A DNA stretch of 64,000 nt, taken from positions 186,001 through 250,000 of the IMG/VR virus record IMGVR_UViG_3300042923_000281; one strand, written 5' to 3'. The notes beneath the pieces were generated by a model. It searched no databases and was not told the DNA's origin. It saw only the letters and a program-made list of their open reading frames with translations. The position numbers and the translations under genes were made by a program. This document shows, in pieces, positions 56,969 through 64,000 of the stretch. How positions within the stretch are numbered: position 1 is the first letter of the stretch; every line of letters starts with the position of its first letter.

Positions 56969-58882
56969 TTAGAAGCTATTGCCGAAGCCAAAGCCGTTAC
57001 CAACGCTACCACGCAGCGAACGTGCGCCATCACCAGTCACGCGGCGGCTCGAGAGCATGCCGTGAGTGAGGTCACCACCGACGAAGTCACGGATGCGAGT
57101 GTTACCACGCAGGCGACGGTTGCCGAAGGTGTAGTGAGCCGAACGCTGGTCGATGTTGATTTTGCAATCAGCAACGGCCATGGCCAGCGCTTCGATGAAC
57201 TGCGGGTTGACGAACGCCAGGTCTACGTAACGAGCGAACTTGACGTTGCTCGCACCGAGAGCGCTGGTCAGTTGGTCGTACTGCTCGCTGACGCGGATTT
57301 CAACGTCCAGGTCAACGCGGTCGATCACGTCCTGATAACGCAGGGCAGACTCGCCTTCGTCATTCGGGTTGGTGGCCATCCAGCGCAGCAGGTCCCATTC
57401 ACGCAGATCGCGCTCGTTGCCCTTCTCGTCGATCCAGGTGCCAGTCAGGTAACGAGCACCGGACATTTGCAGCGGGGTTTCGACGCCCAGTTCACGGGCA
57501 CGGCGGGTGAAGTTGCCGTTGGTCAGACGGTCGGCGTAGTCGTACAGACGGCCGATGGCGTCCTTGTTGGCGCTGTCGTCAGTTGCAGCGTCGGACAGCA
57601 GGGAGGTGATCCAGCTGTTGTCGCCGCCTTCTTCGAGCTCGATAGCCCAGGCCAGGTTGTCGTCAACCAGGCTGAAGAAGTACTGAGCCCACTTGTGGGT
57701 GTCCAGCGACGCACGGTTGTCGAACTCGACCGGAGTCTTGTCCTGATCCGGGCCGAGGATGTTCAGCAGACCAGCGTCACGGTGGTCGATCTCACCACGA
57801 GCAACATCGCCCGGCAGGTAAGTCTGAGCCCACGCTTGGTCTTTGGAGATGACCGACGCACCAGCCAGAGCCAGCAACAGCAGCTCAGGGGTGATGCCGT
57901 TGGCGTTGGTGTCCATGCGGTTGATCACGTACATCGGAGTGAAGTACGGCTGATCACGGCGCTGGGTACGGGACCAACGATCTTGTTCGACCGGCGGGGT
58001 GTACATGATGCTGACGTAACCGCCCAGGTTGGCCAGGCCAACAGGGATGTTCTGGTCGCCTTTGCGCACGATGCCGGCAACGGTAACGGCCAGGTCGGAA
58101 CGACGCGGCAGACCGTCGGCGGTCATGACTTCACGGCCAGACAGGTCGACGTTGATTTCCAGAGTCGACTGCTTGCTCAGCCAGTCCAGCGAGAAGAACA
58201 GGTCAGGCTGGAACAGGTTGCTGTAGATCGCTGCCAGAGCGGCCTGGGCGTAGAACACGACCTGACGCACTTCGGTGTTTTCCGGATCGTTGAAGTCAAC
58301 CTTGTGGCTCACTACACGCCAGCCGGCACGCACGATTTCAACGCTACGGCGCTGGCCTTCGAACGCCTTCTTCGCGATTTCGTCAACCAGAGCCAGGTAG
58401 CTCTCGGTGATGTAGTCGGAAGCGATGATCGGCAGCGGGTAGGTGCGGTGGTTGATCTCGACGTTACGCACGGTGGCGTCGTCGGTCATGCTCGAGGACA
58501 GAGCCAGGGCGGAAACCAGAACCTTGACGGTGCCGTTGTCTTCGACCGGGTATGCCAGGATCACAGAGCTGATGCTCACGTTGTGCTCGGAAGCTTCCAG
58601 ACCCAGAACTTGGATCTTGGAGAGGTCGATCAGGCCGGCGCCTGCAACCTGACGCTCTGGATCGAACCAGTGCTTAACCGACTTAACAGCGTTGACCAGA
58701 ACTTCGCCGCTGATGCGACGGGACATCGGTGCGCCGAGCAGGCGGTTGATGTCCAGCAGACCGGCGGTGGTCGCTTGGGATTCACGAGCCGGGCGCTCAG
58801 CACGCTGCTCTTGGCGCGGAGCTTCGCGGGAGGTACGCTCGTTGCTCGAAGCGGAGTTGTCGATGTCGTCTTGTACAGCCAT
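56969..58882 (-). CDS. chmA: Chimallin, phage nuclear shell protein
   Basis: 637 aa, immediately upstream of nvRNAP beta'-N; strong SD AAGGAG, highly biased codons, early promoter, flexible termini. Confidence 0.8.
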   Translation of the reverse strand: MAVQDDIDNSASSNERTSREAPRQEQRAERPARESQATTAGLLDINRLLGAPMSRRISGEVLVNAVKSVKHWFDPERQVAGAGLIDLSKIQVLGLEASEHNVSISSVILAYPVEDNGTVKVLVSALALSSSMTDDATVRNVEINHRTYPLPIIASDYITESYLALVDEIAKKAFEGQRRSVEIVRAGWRVVSHKVDFNDPENTEVRQVVFYAQAALAAIYSNLFQPDLFFSLDWLSKQSTLEINVDLSGREVMTADGLPRRSDLAVTVAGIVRKGDQNIPVGLANLGGYVSIMYTPPVEQDRWSRTQRRDQPYFTPMYVINRMDTNANGITPELLLLALAGASVISKDQAWAQTYLPGDVARGEIDHRDAGLLNILGPDQDKTPVEFDNRASLDTHKWAQYFFSLVDDNLAWAIELEEGGDNSWITSLLSDAATDDSANKDAIGRLYDYADRLTNGNFTRRARELGVETPLQMSGARYLTGTWIDEKGNERDLREWDLLRWMATNPNDEGESALRYQDVIDRVDLDVEIRVSEQYDQLTSALGASNVKFARYVDLAFVNPQFIEALAMAVADCKINIDQRSAHYTFGNRRLRGNTRIRDFVGGDLTHGMLSSRRVTGDGARSLRGSVGNGFGFGNSF

Positions 58883-58953
58883 GGTGTGACTCCTTGGTAT
58901 ATAACGTTACTAGGCCTAGTGAACTTCGAAGCTTGGCTTCTGTATTCATGTTT

Positions 58954-58961
58954 ATAATGTA
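58954..58961 (-). promoter_or_regulatory. Putative early promoter TACATTAT for chimallin
   Basis: Same recurrent motif. Confidence 0.55.
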
Positions 58962-59209
58962 GCACCGTACGAAGTTCGAATGGAATCCGCGCAGAGAGCC
59001 TCATTATGATTCGGCCAGGGGGTTTAAATTTACGTGCGATCTTTCCAGGAAAAGGAAATACCCTCCTCTTGTACTGGGCTGTTAACCCAGTCGGAGCAGA
59101 TCTCCTATAGCATATGCACTCTCAGGTTATTTTTTACGATTCCACTCGCACCACCTCGGTAAGAAGATCCGGCTATCCTTTGAGACTTACCCGCCAATGG
59201 ACCATCGCC

Positions 59210-60349
59210 ATGTACCAACTGTTCAACACCGAGTCCAGGATCAAACAGACCAACATCGCTACGTTTGGCCTGGACTACGTTAAGCGCGAACTGATGAACG
59301 TACAGGTGAACCGCTATAAACAGCTTCGGGCTTTGAACCCGGGGTACCTGAAGAGCGACCACCTGCTACAGAAGATCCTGGGCATGATCGACATCCCTTT
59401 CGATGGCGACCTACCCGACTACTATCTCCGTGTCTCCAGCATCGTCGACCGGCTTGCTGGTCAGATGGGCTTTTGCACCGCCGGCCACCACGGGCGGGTC
59501 AGGAACCACAGCCACTTCTACGGCAAAGGGGTGAATGAAGTCATCATCGCGATTGCAGACGATGAAGTCACTCCGGCCCAGATCTGGTTTAACTGGCGGA
59601 ATATGAGCCCTGTGAGGGTACTCTCACATCCTATCATGGGATGTGGTATTATTGAACTGGATGGGACCAACGACATCAAGGGATTGCCTTACGGCGCCAC
59701 CGCGGTGATCGAGATCAACATCCCGTTGCTGGCTTGTCAGTATCACTTGTGGCGGGTGGCTGTACGTGGCTTAGCTCCAGAGGGCTTTGCCTTCCCAGTC
59801 AGTCACTTCCTCACCCAGATCGTCATCCCCAACCTCCTCCCCAGTCACTTGGACGTGGCGGTGGGCAATACCCTGCACTCCTTGATTGGCGGACAAGGTT
59901 ACGTGAAGGTTGAGAGTGACATGCCGTTCTACACGGCTGACTTGTACCCTCGGTTGGAGAAAGGCCTGCAAGAGCTCGCTACACGCTTCTGCAACCAGAC
60001 CCTCTACTACCGTGACATCTTGTCCAACGTGCCTGTCTTTGGCAACGACACGCTGCTCCAGACGGTACGGATGCCCGACATCGCCTACACCAACCAAGCA
60101 ATCTGGGCCTTGACCATGGCCAGGCTCCCGGTGGTAGCGATGCTGCTGAAGTTCGACCAGTTGGCCAAGAACGTCAAGAACGACGCTGACCGGAACCGGA
60201 TTCGTCGTAGCCTCAGTGAAGCAGACAGTGGTAAGTACCTGACGAACCAGATCCCTTCCGATGTTGCAGCAGGGATTGCGAACTTCATTGCTACTAATGT
60301 CACGCCGTTACTGAACAGCTCGCCCCAAGCAGCAGAACAAACCCTGTAA
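59210..60349 (+). CDS. Conserved protein (phiKZ gp52 position)
   Basis: Divergent from chimallin; start placed at MYQLF. Confidence 0.6.
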   Translation: MYQLFNTESRIKQTNIATFGLDYVKRELMNVQVNRYKQLRALNPGYLKSDHLLQKILGMIDIPFDGDLPDYYLRVSSIVDRLAGQMGFCTAGHHGRVRNHSHFYGKGVNEVIIAIADDEVTPAQIWFNWRNMSPVRVLSHPIMGCGIIELDGTNDIKGLPYGATAVIEINIPLLACQYHLWRVAVRGLAPEGFAFPVSHFLTQIVIPNLLPSHLDVAVGNTLHSLIGGQGYVKVESDMPFYTADLYPRLEKGLQELATRFCNQTLYYRDILSNVPVFGNDTLLQTVRMPDIAYTNQAIWALTMARLPVVAMLLKFDQLAKNVKNDADRNRIRRSLSEADSGKYLTNQIPSDVAAGIANFIATNVTPLLNSSPQAAEQTL

Positions 60350-60354
60350 ACATA

Positions 60355-60376
60355 GAGAGGAGCCTAGGCTCCTCTC
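60355..60376. terminator. Hairpin terminator (same core as about 11919)
   Basis: AGAGAGGAGCCTAGGCTCCTCTCT followed by ATGCC. Confidence 0.65.
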
Positions 60377-60385
60377 TATGCCGTG

Positions 60386-60964
60386 TCAGTCAAACAAACG
60401 ATCAATGGAAAGGCTGGTCATGATGGGCAATGAAGCAATGTGCACACTCCGAGGTTGTACGAAAGCCTCAGGCATGGGCAGCAGCCCTGGGATCACCCGA
60501 CGAATCACGGTACCATCAGGCAGAACGCGGGTGAGTGGTTCAGACTCACGTTCCTTGGCCCATTGCTCCGCCTGTAAGCGCGCCTGAGCCTGCCGGACAG
60601 CTTTGTCCACCACACGTTGCGCTTGGGCCTCAGGAGCCATCATACCGGCTTGGAAGAGCGCCTGTAGAGGAGTCTCGTAGACGGTACCGCTGCGGTGGGT
60701 GAAGTCCTGCTTGAACGTTACGTCATCACGGAAGGTCACCATCCCATGAGGCCAGACGATCAACCAATGCCCGCCTTCTGGCTTGAAGAGTGCCATCATC
60801 TCAGGGTCGATCTGATGACGCTCTTTTGGGTTGAAGCCGTACGCCATGTACGACGGTTCATCGCCGAACATCCAATCCGTACGGTCAACCCGCTGGATCT
60901 GGAACGCATGCACCTTAGACCACGGTGTGATTCTAAGGGTTGAGACGGTCTCGTTGGGCTTCAT
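60386..60964 (-). CDS. Hypothetical protein
   Basis: 192 aa, SD GAGGAG. Confidence 0.55.
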   Translation of the reverse strand: MKPNETVSTLRITPWSKVHAFQIQRVDRTDWMFGDEPSYMAYGFNPKERHQIDPEMMALFKPEGGHWLIVWPHGMVTFRDDVTFKQDFTHRSGTVYETPLQALFQAGMMAPEAQAQRVVDKAVRQAQARLQAEQWAKERESEPLTRVLPDGTVIRRVIPGLLPMPEAFVQPRSVHIASLPIMTSLSIDRLFD

Positions 60965-61286
60965 CGGCGCTCCTCAAAGCTCTTAGGGTTTCAGTCAGCA
61001 ACTTAGCCACCGGGACACTCAAGCCCGTGTGGCGACGGATCGCTGTCTCTGCCAGTACGTACACCGATACACCGCTGATAACAGACTGCGTGACAGCCAC
61101 ATCCATCAGTTCAGCGAATACTTCAGCCACACACCGAGGTTTGAACGGCTCGGCAATGAGGGCTGAGGTGACGCAGTGTGCGCTGTAGTCGCCGGTGAGA
61201 TCGCCCCAAGTGGTCAACAATTGGGGCTTTCTCTCAGGGAACTTGAGGATCTTGCACTCAGTCGGCAAGCCAGTCCTCTCCATCAT
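60933..61286 (-). CDS. Hypothetical protein
   Basis: ORF overlapping the polymerase 3' end; start placed at MMERTG. Confidence 0.4.
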   Translation of the reverse strand: MMERTGLPTECKILKFPERKPQLLTTWGDLTGDYSAHCVTSALIAEPFKPRCVAEVFAELMDVAVTQSVISGVSVYVLAETAIRRHTGLSVPVAKLLTETLRALRSADEAQRDRLNP

Positions 61287-63549
61287 CTTCTTCGTACTCC
61301 TCATCGTCATCCTCGTCGATCTTGAGGATGATACTGTTTGCGTCTGTTGGGTCAGGTTGCAGGTTGACTTCGCCACGTGGGGTGTAGATGTCGCTGATCA
61401 AGCGGACGTACTTGCTGTCCACTTGGAAGATCCCCAGCGTCTCGAGGATCATGTAGAAGGACTCCAGGATCTCGTAGGTGAGACGACGGACGTCGATCAT
61501 GGCCATGACCTCGTCTGGCATCCCGATGCCCGAGAGGATCGACAGAGGCAGCATGAGCGTGCCCATCTTGTCCTTGCCAGCCCGTTGGCAGTACTCGCGC
61601 AGACGTTCACCCATGTCCTTGTCCGTCTTGTCCACGTGAGCCATCCAGTCCTGCATGTCGGTCTTGTTATTGATCGCCAGCGGAACCTTAATCACGGAGA
61701 AGGGTGGGCTTTCTACATGGCCGTACTTCGGTGCAAAGACGTGCTCCCAGAAGTGATAGTGACGGTAGTTCGTCTTCTCACGGAACGGGTCTTCCTTGTT
61801 CATGTTCGGGTACGATTCCTGAACCTGTGCAGACTTCAGGTAACGGTGTTCCCCGGACTTGATCGAGGTGTAGATGTCTTGCTCCAAACGCCACACCAGC
61901 AGGTACAGCTCTTCCAACGTGAACTGACGGTTCTCATCCGCGCGGGTCATGACTTCCTTCATGAACGCCTTGGCCTGCTTGATGATTGCTACCGGTACAG
62001 TGGAGGAACGCAGGGCTACGCCTTTGATCTCCATCTCGTAGTCACGGTACACACGGCCTTCACGAGCACTCATGAACGCGTAGTAGTGCTTCGCCCGGCT
62101 GGTCAAGGTAAAGACTGGGAAGGCGTACTCGTTCTTCATGGTCAGACGGTGCAGGTCTTCCTGAATCACCCCCATGTTTGCCGAGAGCTTCGCCAGTACG
62201 TGCACGATACATTGGCAAGCCACGTACGTCGTGGTGTACCAGATCCCGTCACCTTCACGGCTACGCACGTCACTGCCGGTGTACCACGTTACCCACTCTT
62301 GGGTGGTGAAGATCGTGGAGTCGGTGTCAGACGCCAGTACCACACGGCGCAAGATGCCCTTGACGTTTGCCACGGTTGGAGCCAACAGCACAGGCGTGAG
62401 GAACACACGGATGAACTGGAAGTAGTCCTGCAAGGTGTTCTGGATGTTCGCTGAGCTCTTGGCAACCAAGGCCAGCTCTGCGGTCATCCCTTTCTCCTTC
62501 ATGGAGTCAAAGTCTTCACCACGGGTGATGTCAGCGTTGAGGTACGTGGCCAACATCTTGGTGTCGTCATCGAACTTCTTGCTGCGCAGCATCTCGAAAC
62601 CGTCTTCCACTTCCATGGAGTCGTTACGAGGCTCGTGCTTGATGATGCGGTCCATGAACCCACGGACAAACCCATCGTTCAGCTGAGCAATGTGGTACAG
62701 GTCGCCCGTGTACATCACAATGGCCCGTTCCAGCGGGGTCAGCTTCTCAAGCAGATCAACGATCTTCTGGAAGTTAGCCTCGTTGCGCCAGTACAGGTCG
62801 GTCGAACGCTTGATGCACGCTGCGGCTTGCTCGGTGGTTGGGTACACGAAGCCGCAGTTGTCCATGGCCTGACGGAACTCCTCGTGCGGTTGGCTCTTCA
62901 CCAGCGCGAGGATATTCGCTATCGTTATCTTGGGGGACCAATAGTGTCTTGATCCCGCCAAGAGCTTCTCGTTACTGGCGTTACCGTAACCGGTGGCCGA
63001 ACGGCACATGGAGGTCAGGCTGGAGTGGCCCGATTTGACGTACAGGATGTTGCCGGTGAAGCCGTGCATGCCAGACAGCGAGTTAATCGCGATCTTCTTG
63101 GCGTTCTGCTCGGCGTCCTTGATCTTCTCAAGGGTCTCGTCCCCTGCTACCTGAGCAAGGAACATCTCGTTCTTGGCTTTCTTACGACCTGCGATACCCG
63201 ATTCAACGAACTTGGCCGAAGGGGACTTCAACACCTTCGGGTTCTCGTAGCACACCATCGATGGACTGATGATGCGGTTGCTCTCGGTCACCGTCTTGAC
63301 GTAGCTGAGCAGGGTCATTTCAGTCTTGACCCGGTTGCCCGGTGATTCTTGTTTCAGGACCAGCATGTTCGGATCACGAAGCGGGTACTTCCCACCTCGG
63401 GAGAGTGTACGCTTCAGGAAAGCCAAGCATTTGTCTTCTGGCTGACCGGTCATCCGATGCAGGTAATGGGTATTCTGTTCGAAGTACCCCTTTAGCAGAT
63501 CGAGGTCACGGACATAGGCTTCCTTCGGAAGTACAAACGGATTTTCCAT
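61258..63549 (-). CDS. Split family-B DNA polymerase, catalytic subunit (phiKZ gp50-like)
   Basis: Motif B Q.A.K..INSLSG, motif C SDTDS, K.Y and IKGV; start placed at MENPF. Confidence 0.88.
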   Translation of the reverse strand: MENPFVLPKEAYVRDLDLLKGYFEQNTHYLHRMTGQPEDKCLAFLKRTLSRGGKYPLRDPNMLVLKQESPGNRVKTEMTLLSYVKTVTESNRIISPSMVCYENPKVLKSPSAKFVESGIAGRKKAKNEMFLAQVAGDETLEKIKDAEQNAKKIAINSLSGMHGFTGNILYVKSGHSSLTSMCRSATGYGNASNEKLLAGSRHYWSPKITIANILALVKSQPHEEFRQAMDNCGFVYPTTEQAAACIKRSTDLYWRNEANFQKIVDLLEKLTPLERAIVMYTGDLYHIAQLNDGFVRGFMDRIIKHEPRNDSMEVEDGFEMLRSKKFDDDTKMLATYLNADITRGEDFDSMKEKGMTAELALVAKSSANIQNTLQDYFQFIRVFLTPVLLAPTVANVKGILRRVVLASDTDSTIFTTQEWVTWYTGSDVRSREGDGIWYTTTYVACQCIVHVLAKLSANMGVIQEDLHRLTMKNEYAFPVFTLTSRAKHYYAFMSAREGRVYRDYEMEIKGVALRSSTVPVAIIKQAKAFMKEVMTRADENRQFTLEELYLLVWRLEQDIYTSIKSGEHRYLKSAQVQESYPNMNKEDPFREKTNYRHYHFWEHVFAPKYGHVESPPFSVIKVPLAINNKTDMQDWMAHVDKTDKDMGERLREYCQRAGKDKMGTLMLPLSILSGIGMPDEVMAMIDVRRLTYEILESFYMILETLGIFQVDSKYVRLISDIYTPRGEVNLQPDPTDANSIILKIDEDDDEEYEEDDGEDWLAD

Positions 63550-63620
63550 CAGTTGGGCCCTTGATACGGCAAAAGAAAAAGAAAGGGAGGAGTAGCTCAT
63601 AGTAGAGTACCCCTCCGTTT

Positions 63621-64000
63621 TTATTCACTGAAATTCACGAACGTGTAAATGACAGTGTCTTCTTCTCGCATCGGTACAACCTCGGTGAGAATGAAGCCAT
63701 CTTCCTGCGCTTGGATAAGCCGCAACGTGTCAATGCCATGGGGCTTGATGCCGTTGTTGTGGAAGTTGACCACCTCCTCGAGGAAGTCCTGTGCAACAGC
63801 ATCCTCGAACGTGTTGTAGATGTCGTCCATGTGGGACTCTGTCACGTCCGTCTCACCATTCTCCTCACGGATCATGATGTCCACGTGAAGGGCAAGGGAG
63901 CACATGGCGAACATGTTCTCTTTAAGCTCTTCGGACAGGTGGTGCTTGTGGACGACCTTGTCGACCGCGTCGAGGAAGTCGCCGTAGACCGCGAAGAAGT
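63621..64000 (-). CDS. Hypothetical protein, 5' end outside the window
   Basis: Open frame running off the window end. Confidence 0.5.
   Translation of the reverse strand, partial: FFAVYGDFLDAVDKVVHKHHLSEELKENMFAMCSLALHVDIMIREENGETDVTESHMDDIYNTFEDAVAQDFLEEVVNFHNNGIKPHGIDTLRLIQAQEDGFILTEVVPMREEDTVIYTFVNFSE

Noticed and set aside
57062-58957. Long antisense ORFs (also 39650..41692, 30044..31963, 119..1606, 9163..10680)
   Set aside because: They are shadows of strongly codon-biased sense genes that rarely use TTA/CTA/TCA; no SD and no protein motifs.
13816-63549. Split DNA polymerase as a novelty
   Set aside because: Real, but an established feature of phiKZ-like phages.
1-64000. Alternative genetic code or suppressor tRNA
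   Set aside because: Core genes translate full length in the standard code, all three stops are used, and no suppressor anticodon is seen.

Overview
This is a 64-kb segment of a nucleus-forming jumbo phage (phiKZ-like, Chimalliviridae), transcribed mostly on the minus strand. The core content is chimallin, four non-virion RNA polymerase subunits (beta'-N with NADFDGD, sigma-like, beta-C, beta'-C), a PicA/Imp1-like importer, one virion RNAP beta' subunit, both halves of the split family-B DNA polymerase, an SF2 helicase, an Mre11/SbcD nuclease, an SSB-like protein, and a block of head-internal and structural proteins with S/A-x-E maturation sites. phiKZ gp numbers are assigned from motifs and remembered synteny, not from a database search. 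Accessory regions lie at about 15.6-26 kb and 33.8-37.7 kb. The most unusual region is 21.3-23.8 kb: four canonical tRNAs (Tyr, Asp, Gln, Asn) are interleaved with tRNA-scaffold RNAs that carry extra hairpins in place of the anticodon, and with several 80-125 nt multibranch RNAs closed by long terminal stems. This array sits next to candidate counter-defence genes (sponge-like fusion, macrodomain, CX5R phosphatase, TYW3-like protein). Also seen: a likely programmed -1 frameshift (T_TTT_TTC) giving a G/GT-type chaperone pair, a free-standing GIY-YIG endonuclease between duplicated early promoters, a 971-aa Trp-repeat protein, two promoter classes and two terminator-tail classes.
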